This document shows positions 1 through 11,899 of a stretch of DNA of 64,000 bases, one piece after another; position 1 is the first letter of the stretch; each line of letters begins with the position of its first letter. Below the pieces are notes generated by a model. That model worked only from the letters and a program-made list of their open reading frames with translations, had not been told where the DNA came from and did not search any database. Source of the DNA: Setoptus koraiensis. Taxonomy: Eukaryota; Animalia; Arthropoda. The translations under genes and the position numbers were made by a program. Location of the stretch: the NCBI GenBank assembly GCA_048013815.1, contig CM106585.1, forward strand, positions 4,960,001-5,024,000, written 5' to 3'.

Positions 1-335
1 AAACCCACACATGGTTTCGATGTCTTTGGCTTAAGAGGGCCTCCTGCGCGTTTTAATGTAGCTTGCACTAGGTTATTGTACTTTTCGCTTACAAGTCGAA
101 CAGTTTCAAAACTTCTGATGTCTGGATAGTCTTCAAGAATACTTTTGATGGGATTTTCGAGATCCTCGAATTCGTGGGCAACCCATCGAATAGTTTCAAT
201 AATCTCAGCGCCGCCATCTATTTTATTTCCAGCCGAAGTATAAGTTAGAGGCCATTTATAAATAGCGGGTTCTTTGCCTAGTGGCGAGTTTAAATAAATA
301 TTAGGGTATTCTAATTTTGGCTTTGGAAGCGACAT
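1..335 (-). CDS. DOT1L: DOT1L/grappa histone H3K79 methyltransferase, 5' end (runs off window edge)
   Basis: Manual translation from the ATG at 335 gives MSLPKPKLEYPNIYLNSPLGKEPAIYKWPLTY...AEIIETIRWVAHEFEDL...SFETVRLVSEKYN, open to base 1. This matches the DOT1L N-terminus (LKSPVGAEPAVYPWPL...AHEIIETIRWVCEE...SFESMQRLCDKYN). It is absent from the ORF track because there is no stop in the window. Confidence 0.88.
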   Translation of the reverse strand, partial: MSLPKPKLEYPNIYLNSPLGKEPAIYKWPLTYTSAGNKIDGGAEIIETIRWVAHEFEDLENPIKSILEDYPDIRSFETVRLVSEKYNNLVQATLKRAGGPLKPKTSKPCVG

Positions 336-1807
336 TGTATAGTAATGCGTCGAGAGAGAGAAAGAGATATGTTTCTCGACAGAATTGACTTGGCTAGTTT
401 TGTTTATAGTGGGTCATGACTACGGTAAAAAATACGTTTGCGAATACGTTTCTGTCTGCCCTCGTCGATATGGGCAGATTATTCAGGTGAGTATAGGAAG
501 ATTATAATAGGTAGATATTTGGTATTGTATTTGCCACATTTCATGTACTGCAAGAATTTGAGTGGGAGCTAGCATCTGATTCGCTTGGCCAGTCTTTGTT
601 CGATATTACACATGAGGTAGCAGTTTTTTAAATCTGTGTATGATCTAGGGTAATTTGTTGAACATGAGGTCCATTAGATCGCAAGTCGAACGGGTAAATA
701 GGTGTTTTGAGCATCAGCGTGTCAATCTTGTGTTGGTATAATTACTTCCTTTCTCTTGAATTTATAGCTAATAGCTAGTTGTATTCTAATAAATAATCTA
801 TTCTTCAATTGCTAAATATCTTTTTTGCAACTAAATAATCTACACAAAACAATTGTTCTTGTAATAAATATATTATAATTTATATATAATCCTATATTAT
901 TAAATACGAATAAATGGTCATAATAGTAGAGTTGTTGGAGAAAATATATATAAAATATAATCGCTAGAGTTCATCTTCTGCTAGCCAATGTCTTGCCTCA
1001 TGATGGAATCCACAATTATTGTCCAATACGATGCAACAACAATAATGACGGTAATTATTATTATTCACAATTCCACCGGGCGTCATTGTGTAGAATGTGC
1101 GCCTAATGGGGGCTCCCGTGTGAGAATCGTGTGGATCTGTAATATATATATTATATTATATAGTATACAGAAGGAGAGAACTGAGGAACTAAACGCGAAA
1201 TCCATATCATGTGTGTGTTCTTCTTTTTGGTGAACATTGTACAAAACAGTGCGCTTCTGAGGCAATCGGCAATGTGTGCTTGCACTCCACAGTGAGCAAT
1301 ATAATACTGGGTGAAAGACAAAGAATGATGACTACATCGAACTTGTTCTGTACGAACAGTGGCATATATCTTCCAAATGTGTGAGTGTGTGTGTTCGCTT
1401 GAGCGTGTGCGTGTGTGTGTGCGCATCCTCATTCCACTTTGGTACAGCATAATTCAGGACAGTGAATAGAATCATATTCTACTAGAGTAACTCTAGTTCA
1501 TCTCCTACTCTTGCGCTCCACAAGCGAACGATAACTTTATTTTCAGCTCTGCTCTACCGCTAGCACTATTGCCCGTGTAATGGTCATTTAAACACTGTCA
1601 CCCAGAAGTACAATTGAACGAGGCTAGAGGGAGCCACTCTCCAAATCAAACCAAATGTACACAAATAAATGGTCTAGCGCATTTTAGGTGTTGCGTTCCA
1701 TCAACATATTCTCTCATCGTCGCTAGCGGATATTTTTATTTACCATCTTCACCAAATTCACTCAATCTCAATTTATATACTATCATAGTATATAAACCGA
1801 CACAACT

Positions 1808-3540
1808 ATGGATAGTCGAACTAAACTAGAACTTCAACAGCAACTCAAGCAACACCAAAAGCAAGATGCTGACTCCTGGCCCAATGAGCCCGAAGAATAT
1901 ATACTTGGTGATGTCATAGGTGAGAGCTGATCTAGTTTTATCTATGACCATCTAATTATCAAAAAGTATACCCACATTATGATCTAACTGTGAACATGAT
2001 TGCTCAATTCTTTTCAATGTCTTACCACAATTATCACGCCGACTTCATGATTACATACATATTACATCATCAGGAGTTGGAGCGACCGCCACAGTTCACG
2101 CTGCGTTCTGCAAAAAGCGCCGTGAAAGGTGTGCCATTAAACGAATCAATTTAGAAAAGTGGAACTCATCGATAGATGAACTCCTCAAAGAAATCCATGC
2201 TATGTCTGCCTGCCATCATGAAAATGTGGTAAATTACTATACTTCCTTTGTTGTAAATGAGGAACTATGGCTAGTCATAAAACTTCTATCAGCAGGTTCG
2301 TTTCACATCTTTCATGAAAAAAAACTATCTCTCTTCGAAACTTTTCATTCTGATCCCATTGCATTCGCCACGCATTAACTATTTAACAGGTTCATTGCTA
2401 GATATCATCAAACACAAGATGAAATCAGGTAGTTGCCATAACGGAGTTTTTGACGAATGCACTATAGCTACAGTTCTCAAGGAAGTTCTTAGAGGACTAG
2501 AGTACTTTCACAAAAACGGCAGAATACATCGTGATATTAAGGCGGCCAACATTTTACTTGGTGAAGATGGAACTGTACAAATAGCAGATTTTGGAGCCAG
2601 TTCATGGGTAGAAACAATGGGTGGCTTATCAAGAGAACGTTCCCGCCACACATTCATCGGCACAGGTAATAATACAATTGTGATATATAGTTATCATTAT
2701 TAATAATATTAAGACAATAATTATGATGTAACTTTCTTTGTGTTACTCTAAATAACTGATTCGAGTTTTTTTTCTACTCTCTTTCTCCAGTAAGCTTCAT
2801 GGCTCCAGAAGTGATCGAACAGGTTACCGGATATGATTTCAAGGCCGATATCTGGAGTTTTGGGATAACCGTGCTAGAGTTGATAACCGGCACCGCACCC
2901 TATCACAAATTTCCACCAATGAAGGTAAACAAGACAAACATTGTCCTACTAAAGCTCCACTAGTAACATGAACCAAATCTATACGTACCGGCAAAATATG
3001 AACTCATACCTCTTACCGACCTTCTCTTTACTTTCTTGTATCATCATATTTTAGGTTCTTATGTTAACCCTACAAAATGCACCACCATCGTTGGAAAGTG
3101 TCCAGGAGGATGAGGAGCAGTATAAAAACTACGGAAAATCAATACGAAAATTGATAGTTGATTGTTTACAGAAAGACCCTACTAAAAGACCCACTGCCTC
3201 TGAACTTTTAAAGCACTCTTTTATGAAAAAAGCCAAAGACCGACGTTATCTAGTCCAAACATTACTATCTTGTGCGCCTACATTTGAAGAGCGATCACGC
3301 CGAGCACTAGATGGGAAACGATCGTCGGCAGCTGAAGCAAATCGATTGAGTCAAACAGAATCGGCCGATTGGGTTTGGTCCTCAGAAGATGGTAGCTTTA
3401 GACCAAATGTCCACAATCACAACAATGATCAACAACAACAACCACAACTGCAACAGACAGCCATGCCTTCGTTTCCACAACAACTATGCAATCAGGGAAG
3501 TTTTAGCGATGACGAAAATGATGGTGATATCTTACAGTGA
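1808..3540 (+). CDS. fray: STE20-family kinase frayed/OSR1/SPAK-like (5 exons)
   Basis: GT-AG exons 1808-1919, 2074-2295, 2390-2665, 2791-2924 and 3055-3540 join in frame. Motifs: [48 protein letters not shown] and the OSR1/SPAK S-motif-like [16 protein letters not shown]. No CCT domain is found in frame. Confidence 0.88.
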
Positions 3541-4895
3541 ATCTCATTGAAGTATACAAGATCTCTTATGGGATGAGCCCCGTATCGATGATTCTGCTCT
3601 CTATGGGTCTTGGTCGTTATCTCGGGGTACAAAATCTCGATGGACGTCTAAACTAAGCGTGCAATATCTCGACAACTCTTTTAGCGTCATTGAATGGCTT
3701 TACTTGCTAGAATCTACCATAGTGATAACATCGTTCAAATTTAGATACCGGACTAATCTCAGGTAGATTGATCTGCATCTATCAAGTATAAGAGAACTAA
3801 AATTCCCATGCACGAGGGGACTTTGCTCCAATTGTACCACCCTACCTAGTGAGAGAATAGTCAATAAATTGATCATGCATTTGTAGATATTTTAACTTTT
3901 ATAAATTTTTTATACCTCAGATTTTATCTTGTTGGAGTTTTTCATTATCGGTAGTGATCCAGCAGGCTTATCACTTCTAGATATGTCGAGAGGTCGAGTA
4001 TGCTCTATTAGCGGGCAAGGCGACTAGGAGATCCAAGATGTTGGCTAGAACCATTCTTATTTAATATCGTAGTCGTATGTCTGTAATTTGATTTGAGATT
4101 TGATCTAAACTCCCTAGAATTTCCGACCAATTAAGATACTAACAAATTAAGATACTAAATAAGATTCTTAACAACTCGGCGTGACGATGGAGCGTTCATT
4201 GATCCACCGATCACTGATTACAGTACTGTATCAGTTGTTCGATATGTCGAGTGTGAATCTCCATTCTTCAAAGCCTCATACTAATTTTATTCCAAACTTG
4301 GACACAATCTCTTTACCGGTTTCCATAGTCAAGAGTCGTGATCGATGGAATACATTTAAGTTTATTATGTAACTGAAAATACGATTTATGCTGCAGGTTT
4401 AGATTGGGTTTTTTTAACTTCATTCCGAAAAGAAAAGTTTGATCATGAATGACATTGTTTTTTTCTTCCCAGCTATGGATATCACACAGTGCTATCGGAA
4501 AAACACGGTTAGAATGAACTCATGACAGAGGTGTTACGGCAACTAATTAGCTGAGGCGACAAAAATCAAGACTGAACCATTAATTTTCAGTCCGTAGATA
4601 TGCCAATCTAGAGAGCCTCGATGGATCTAAAACCATCGCATTCAGATTAATTGTAGTGCCCCGGTATATCACCGAAGACTATCAGAATGTCTGTTCAAGT
4701 CAACTGGCAAACTAACGTCAGCTTGATCAGCCCCACTTAGTTGATTTGAAATTAGCCAAAAAAGGGACCCCATCTATGCCACCATTTTCTATAGGACATT
4801 TGTTTTGGACAACGCCCTGATCGGTTATCTCAGAGTGAAATGGTAAAGTGCATGCCAGCAAAGTTAATCTTACTGCCCTCTGAGCCTTGAGCAAA

Positions 4896-5105
4896 ATGAG
4901 TCACGTTTCACATTCAGTACCTAGCTCCTAGTTGTATCTCATAGATTGACAAAGACAATTTTGCCCACTCTACATGCTGAACGCGTACCTCCCATTGGGT
5001 TACGTAATGTGCGTGAATTGGGGCCCTCAAAAATCAATGAGTCATAGCTTCGAAAAGGTGAAACGCATGCGCCAAAACAATTTCGAATTCCTGCTTCATG
5101 AGTCA
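4896..5105 (+). promoter_or_regulatory. cluster of three ATGAGTCA (AP-1/TRE-type) sites upstream of the Kelch gene
   Basis: Exact TGAGTCA at 4897-4903, 5038-5044 and 5099-5105, each preceded by A, 240-450 bp upstream of the ATG at 5344. Confidence 0.3.
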
Positions 5106-5343
5106 TTGCTCTCTGAATAGTGAATTACAATGGGACCGAGAGGGAGAGAGAGAGAGAGAGAAAGAAAGAAAGAGCCAAACAAACAACCGTCGGGACCATT
5201 GTTGTGTATTGGGTGAGAAAAAAAGAAAAAACATAAATAAATCATCATCATGTATCATTGATATTAAACACATATCTAGTATGACATTTATTTATTTATA
5301 TCTTAATTTATAGCAAAAGCAAGTGAGTTCTTCTAGTCACATA

Positions 5344-8300
5344 ATGTGGTCAGTGGTTCAAACGAACAAGGGAGAAAGGGATATACAGACTGCAAACAAT
5401 CATAATCATGAGAGCACCAGCGACGATTCCGAAGACAGTGGACATCCTCTATCACGTTACAAGCATGCAAGTTGTGGCTCTAAGGATGGCTCAATATTTA
5501 TTCATGGTGGCCGATTTGGAAACGTGGCGATGAACGATGAAATTTGGAGGTTTGATTCCAAACAACACTCTTGGTCTAAAATTAAACCCGCCAGTGAATG
5601 CAAGATAAAACCGCCTAGTCTCCAAGAGCATTCCATGCTAGAATGGAACCAACAATTGTATATATTTGGTGGTTTAGTTGGATGCTCTACCGAGGAGATA
5701 TCATTTTGGTGTTTCAACATTGAAAAAAGTGAATGGAAATGCCTCAATGCGAACACCCATATGCACAAAGCATATCTGGGCCCCACAAACAGGAGGGCCC
5801 ATTCAGCTGTTCTATATCATGATTGTATGTATATATTCGGTGGTTATGAAGATTTTCGTGGCTCATCAGGACAACTATGGGAATATAGCCTAATCACTGA
5901 GAGATGGAATTTGATAAGTTTGAATGCAACTTCAACATGTCGACCAATAGCAAGACATAGTCACGCGGCGGTTGTTCACAATGACAGTATGTACATTTAT
6001 GGTGGCTTATCCGATTTGCAACCTCTATCTGATTTGTGGAATTGGAGTTGGAAAGAACGCCGTTGGACAAAGCTAAAGACGAGGGGACAATCACCTGGTC
6101 AGTTGCATGGTCATACAGCCGTTGTCGCTTACAATAGTATGTTCATATTTGGAGGCGAAAGAAAGGGTCGAGTATCGAGAAGCCTGTATCGCTTAAATTT
6201 TTCCACCATGTCCTGGCAAAAAATTAAATCAAAAGGCCTAAGGCCAGGTCCTACTACTTGGCACACTGCCATCGCCAATCCATCTGTCATTGTAGAGGGC
6301 AATGACTTTGTCATTGATGAAGATGCTGATTGTCTTGACATGGAACAATCTGGCGCTCTAACTAACTCTAAATCAGCGAACATGCCGATAACTACTGGAC
6401 CGCGGCAACTGAATTGCTCAATGGAAGAGACACAAACTAAGTCGATATCACGCTCAATGTTTTTCTCGAATACATCATTTAAATCACGTTTCGAATCAGA
6501 GAATCACAAAGTCAACAACAAAGACCAGAATAATAATGGTAATAGAATCAGTATTCATGATTATGATAGATCACCCAAACGTCCATCTAGGCTAAATTTC
6601 TTCTCTCGAAAACGTAGAAGACCTAAAAGCGCCTATCAATTGAAGGAGATTTCGTCACCTCTGGGGCCAAAATTAAACAGATTATCTGTTAATATTGTTC
6701 CAAAAACTCAGACGACAGATCTAGAAAAAAACTGTGACGAAGATATTGCTGTGCTCAATCCCTCAAATGAACGCATCTTAGATGCGCTCGACACAGACAT
6801 CAAAGAAATGTTTGAACGGACACTACCTAATCGGTCTGAAATTAATTCCAGAAGCAACACGGCCTCACCAGAATGCCGATCAGCAATGAGCAATCAAGAA
6901 AAACAGCCAGACACCAGTGAGATAGAATCTCCTAAAAATGAAATCGATTTAGATGACTCTTTTAATATATTGGAAAGCCCTCCGAATGAGCATGTAACAA
7001 AGAGAAATATCGATTCTGTTGTTACAGGTAACAACTCCTTGGGGTTGCACGTAAAGAAAAGAAGCCGACCCCATTCAGAGATCATACACTCATACGTATT
7101 ATCAAACTCTAATCACTATGGCAGAGACAAAGATCTTATACTAGAGAGGGATTTGATTGATTCAAGAAACGAGGAATATGAAATTGAAGCCGATTCAACA
7201 AATAAGAATGACCTAGAATGGCCCAAGGCCACAACTGATGAACTTTTAAACAAAAGGCATACATTCCATCAAAGCATGTCCTATTATAACCTATATTTTG
7301 CTTCACCTATCCTTAAAAATTACAACGCTAAAAGAAGAGATAACATGAATGATCTAACCAAAATAGATTTGGACGGCTCGATTAGTGGCAAAGATACTGG
7401 AGCCGACCCGCGTGATCATTCCCAAAAATCCAATTCTCGATCGATGTCCTCATTAGAATCAATGGATTCTCAACTGCATACTTTGGTGGCAAATGATAAT
7501 GATGAGGTTCAAACCATTGACAGCTTGGATTACGACACACCCGCTCTCATCGGACTCCATTCGGGTGATATGGAGAATGAAACTTATTACAGCAAGACTT
7601 TGAATGGCCGGTCAATTAGAGAAAAAGAAAAAGCATGTAGTCCGCGATCTCTCGCCAGTACCAAAGCCGACAATACTAGTCTGGCGTATTCCGGTATTGC
7701 CGACTTCGAAGAGGACGATATATTGCATCCGATACAACACTCTACTTCGACAAATGAAAACGATCTGAAGCAAACAGAAGAAAAATGCGAGACCAAAACA
7801 AGGACAGATTCTTGTTACACCAAAACTGGGGATCTATCATCCATATATATTAGGGAACAATCAAATCGCAAGGAATTACACAGTACATATCAGCAGGAGC
7901 ATAATCAACAAACAATTTATCATCACGATGAAATGAAAGCGCCACCGAAACCTCCTAGGTCGTGGGCTTTCACTCAAGCCAACCCTCAAACTCCAAAATC
8001 ATTATCAAGCAGCGGATACGAGTCGTCCTCTACACCTGATCATACAAGACAGCCACAGGAAGCTGTTGTAGATCTCAATAGAAATATCGCCACCGATGAT
8101 AGATACGAAGAGAATGGTGCAAGCTTCGAGAAAAGGAATGTAGTTCTGCAGTCTACGGGTATTGAAATGTTACGAGAAAGTTCCCATATAAGTGAAGAGA
8201 TAGATGGCATCAAGTCGGATGATCTGACTCAAAGAGGAAGCCAAGTTAGCGAGAATGGAACAAACCAAAAGCGTGATGTAAATCGCCGATGTGGAGGTAG

Positions 8301-8646
8301 ATTTAGGAATATTATCTATCGTGGTGACATACTGAGCGCATCCAATACAATGGGCCACTCGACAACTTTGAGTGACATTGAATCCGACACCTCAGAGACT
8401 TTGTCACCGGTAAGATCTGTTGAATTGGAGGGGCACAGTGAGCCACAATCGAGCTGTCGTCAGCATCAATCAGTGAACATTGTTGAGAAATCGAACAGTA
8501 GTCAACTTCAAACAGTCAATCCTTTGCGATCATACACGAAAGCGAGAAGAAGATACTGGCAACTATGTATGTTTGTCATAGGTGGAAAATCAAACGGCAG
8601 AACTAGTCTGAAAGAGCCACTTACGATATGGAAACTATACATATAG
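5344..8646 (+). CDS. Kelch-repeat beta-propeller protein with a long disordered insert (intronless)
   Basis: Repeated H-x-A...(F/Y)GG...W kelch units (IFIHGG, LYIFGG, MYIFGG, MYIYGG, MFIFGG), a low-complexity middle, and a C-terminal CMFVIGG...IWKL. The ORF track starts at GTG 5323; the first ATG is at 5344. Confidence 0.85.
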   Translation: MWSVVQTNKGERDIQTANNHNHESTSDDSEDSGHPLSRYKHASCGSKDGSIFIHGGRFGNVAMNDEIWRFDSKQHSWSKIKPASECKIKPPSLQEHSMLEWNQQLYIFGGLVGCSTEEISFWCFNIEKSEWKCLNANTHMHKAYLGPTNRRAHSAVLYHDCMYIFGGYEDFRGSSGQLWEYSLITERWNLISLNATSTCRPIARHSHAAVVHNDSMYIYGGLSDLQPLSDLWNWSWKERRWTKLKTRGQSPGQLHGHTAVVAYNSMFIFGGERKGRVSRSLYRLNFSTMSWQKIKSKGLRPGPTTWHTAIANPSVIVEGNDFVIDEDADCLDMEQSGALTNSKSANMPITTGPRQLNCSMEETQTKSISRSMFFSNTSFKSRFESENHKVNNKDQNNNGNRISIHDYDRSPKRPSRLNFFSRKRRRPKSAYQLKEISSPLGPKLNRLSVNIVPKTQTTDLEKNCDEDIAVLNPSNERILDALDTDIKEMFERTLPNRSEINSRSNTASPECRSAMSNQEKQPDTSEIESPKNEIDLDDSFNILESPPNEHVTKRNIDSVVTGNNSLGLHVKKRSRPHSEIIHSYVLSNSNHYGRDKDLILERDLIDSRNEEYEIEADSTNKNDLEWPKATTDELLNKRHTFHQSMSYYNLYFASPILKNYNAKRRDNMNDLTKIDLDGSISGKDTGADPRDHSQKSNSRSMSSLESMDSQLHTLVANDNDEVQTIDSLDYDTPALIGLHSGDMENETYYSKTLNGRSIREKEKACSPRSLASTKADNTSLAYSGIADFEEDDILHPIQHSTSTNENDLKQTEEKCETKTRTDSCYTKTGDLSSIYIREQSNRKELHSTYQQEHNQQTIYHHDEMKAPPKPPRSWAFTQANPQTPKSLSSSGYESSSTPDHTRQPQEAVVDLNRNIATDDRYEENGASFEKRNVVLQSTGIEMLRESSHISEEIDGIKSDDLTQRGSQVSENGTNQKRDVNRRCGGRFRNIIYRGDILSASNTMGHSTTLSDIESDTSETLSPVRSVELEGHSEPQSSCRQHQSVNIVEKSNSSQLQTVNPLRSYTKARRRYWQLCMFVIGGKSNGRTSLKEPLTIWKLYI

Positions 8647-8989
8647 ACTGTCGAATGATCAATTCTTGACTTCATATGCAAACACAAATAAATGTACTCA
8701 AATATAGCGAGGCTTTGTTTCTGTTCTTTTCGAAGAGAAAATTTTGCGTGTTTCTAACGAAAATATTCATTCATTGACAATAGGAATTCTATCTCAATAT
8801 GATGTCGGACGTTCGCTGATTGAGTTCTTGGAAACTGTTGCAACAGAATGCCATGAAGACATTGCATCTTGATTGTTCAAAGTAAATTCTTATATGTATA
8901 AGAAACTCACGTGTGTGTAACTTGGCAGATAGAGTAAAATTGCAATGCACGTCACGAATTTATCTTTTGCATATCTTATGTACAAAACG

Positions 8990-9193
8990 GTAGAGAGTGT
9001 TGCAGGTCCTTCCAGTTTCTATCCCCAACCAGCACCAGGATGCATAGAACAAAAGCTAGATTCATATCAGGAGTCAACTTCCATGCCTGATGTTGTGATA
9101 CGTGATATCACGCAATGGATGCCTTCTGGTAGCTTCGACAAGCTGGTTAAAGATTTCAAGGAGAAAGTCAAAGCATTTCTGACATATATGCAA
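8990..9193 (+). pseudogene. DOT1L: duplicated fragment of the DOT1L post-catalytic/coiled-coil region
   Basis: About 200 bp nearly identical to the reverse complement of 44225-44422 (VESVAGPSS...SFDKLVKDFKEKVKAFLTYMQ). No flanking DOT1L sequence is present. Confidence 0.85.
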
Positions 9194-9291
9194 CCTACTT
9201 ACTCATCATGGATAAAACTTTGATATGACAGATGAAACAATAAACGCATGGTTTTAGCTATATTGGTTGTAATAATGATTTATTATTGTAA

Positions 9292-10759
9292 TTATTCAGA
9301 CAGTTCTGGATTAAAATTTTTCGCCACTTGAAACAGTCGTTCGAACATGTCCCTGTAGGAATTCAGCCGATCTAGACCCTGTGATAGTTTAATTGTCATG
9401 CCCTCGAAAGAATCGACAATGTTCTTTGCTGCGCCAATCAATTTGTCAACGGTTGTAGTTCCTAAACTTCTAATATCATCACTCAATAGCCTTCCGGAAT
9501 TTAATGTTGCAGTACAATACTCTTTGATAATTGCATCATTATCGGCATTGTCAGTATTGTCGGTATTGTTGGCTTCTGCTGTAGTTCGTTGCGAAAAGTA
9601 AGTGGCGATATCCTCTGAGAACTCTCGCATAATTCGCTGGATGTTCATGGTAAATGTATGCATAAACGAATCATAAATTGATAGTCGCAATATGAGTTCG
9701 GTGGTCAATAGGTCACTGAATTTATTCTGTAATTCAGTAACCTGTGCCTTGATTGATTTAGTGAGCAACTCATCACTGTGACCTCGGGAAAAACTTCTCT
9801 TGTATGTCTTATCTGTGTCAATCATCGTTCTAGACAGATCCAGAATTTGTTTATCGAATCTACTGATCTCGTCCTTAATACTTTGATCGTCATTTGATGT
9901 TGCACTCAGGTAGCACTTTAGAATAGTCAACGACACTTTCAAGTTTATTAGCGAATGCTCGAAAACTGAGCCACCGTCGCATTTGTTTGATCTGATCAGC
10001 GATTCTAACTTCTCGTTCTCTTTCACCACTGTAACCAAAGAAATCTTGGAGCAGGTGCTCAGCTTGCGCTCCTTTATGACTCTTGCTACTGTCATCTTCA
10101 CCGGGCTTAACATCGCCCCACCAAACACATCGAAAGAGGAACTGTGTTTGGTTTTGCGAGCGAGAGAAAATTCATTAATTGAGTAGTTAATTATCTGATA
10201 ATGATATTGTAACTAGATTAGTAAGTTAGAACAGTTCGATCTATCCATCTATTTACCCCAACAAGAGTTTCCCGGCCTTCAAGATGACTTTACTCATCGA
10301 TATAACTTTACTCGTTACCGTGTCCAGCGAACGTTCTGCTATTGGTACGTCGACATCCGTATCTAGTTTCAAATCATTTGCGGATTTGTCGGTGTTTGAC
10401 AAGTGCAATGACTGACCTGGAATAGCCTCCCTCTCTTGCTCTTCCTCATTTTTCTCTTCCTCCTTTTCATCATCCACATCTTCGTCATCCTCATCCTCGG
10501 GCGGTTGCTCCCTTGTACGCTGGACAATGGCACCCGATTGGGCTCGTGGATTGTCGTGGACGGCCAATCGAGAGCTGGCGCTCATTATATCATCTTCTAT
10601 GGTTGCAAATTCAGGTCCACTCAAACGACTAGCCAAGTCGAGAATGTTTGGCTCTTGTCTCACCGACACAACAGACAATTCGCTGTAGTATCGATCTGTG
10701 AGGGTTTTGGCGGCAATACTTAACGAGTTTGTGGGTGATCCATCTGCTTCAGCTATCAA
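9292..10759 (-). CDS. uncharacterised acidic + alpha-helical protein (at least 2 exons, 5' end unresolved)
   Basis: ORFs 10253-10759 and 9292-10128 join in frame through a GT-AG intron at 10256-10142 (KLLLG|SSFDVFGG). It has an acidic tract and predicted helical/coiled-coil composition; I recognise no family. Confidence 0.6.
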
Positions 10760-11899
10760 ATATCAGATTTCGCCGGATTTAGTCTAATTAATTATTCTAA
10801 CAATGGTTGACTCGATCGTTGTCAAAATACTATTTCAATAACTTACCTAGCGCCAAGGGAGCTTTTAGATTTTGACTCTGCAATCTTAAATATTGGCGTT
10901 GTTGACGTTTCCAACGAGGCCAACATTGTGTGAACGAAATAAGGGTTGCAAACAACAGAAATATTATCGCGCTATTTGCGCACTGTAACCCACAAATTGA
11001 TACCATTTTTGCTAATCTCTGTTACATCTATCTCTAATGAATGATTATCTTGAGACTCCTCAGCGATATTCAAAATAGTTCAAATGAAATGCAGAGCTCA
11101 TGCTAGCCTCGTGTTTGATTGTGGTATCTATAAGTAGCAATCATATTTTTAGTCCATTCAACTGCTCCAAATTACTATCACATCGTTGGAAGGAATTTAA
11201 AAATAGATCACTACACTCCAGATTGATGGTTGGTTGGTTGATACCGTTATCGTTTGTTCTGAACGATAGAATGAACGATATACACGGGGAAAATATGGGC
11301 ACCAACAGTTGCCAGCACCAGCTAAATGATTGGGTATGCAATTTTTATCGGTGCATTTGGCCGAAATTCTCACGAAACTGAACGTAGAGCCTGTTCGACG
11401 ATGTATACTTCGGATACTTGTAAACTCGAATTTGTTAGTCTGCTCATCATACGATCGTAATGACCTGATGCTGGAATAAACATCGTTCGTGTCTAAATAA
11501 CTCCATACAAGTGTTTGGGTGGTTGTTTCGATCGATTCTCTTGAACATGACACTGTTCGAGCAAACGAGGCAGACCTAATTACAACGCATCAAGAGAATT
11601 TAGAAAATTTCATCCCTTTCTAGTTTCGTACAACTGATAATAAGGAACAACTTGAATAGTTGTCATCGAATCGCAGTTTTATCAAACCGTATACATCCAG
11701 CACTGTATTTACATTTTTGTTATTGCTGCACGAAACAGCACATGTACGAAATAGCACATGTACTGTACATGTGCAAATACGTTTTTGCAACAACACTATA
11801 TTTCACAAGCATGGCGATAGCAGCCGGCTTAACCTTGGTTTTCCCTAGTAGTGTGACCAACAAATATTATCCATTGTTGTTGATAACCAGTGTCATTAA

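Noticed and set aside
380-770. Possible F-box-like remnant on the minus strand (DLKNCYLMCNIEQRL)
   Set aside because: Too short and interrupted by stops; the resemblance cannot be told from chance.
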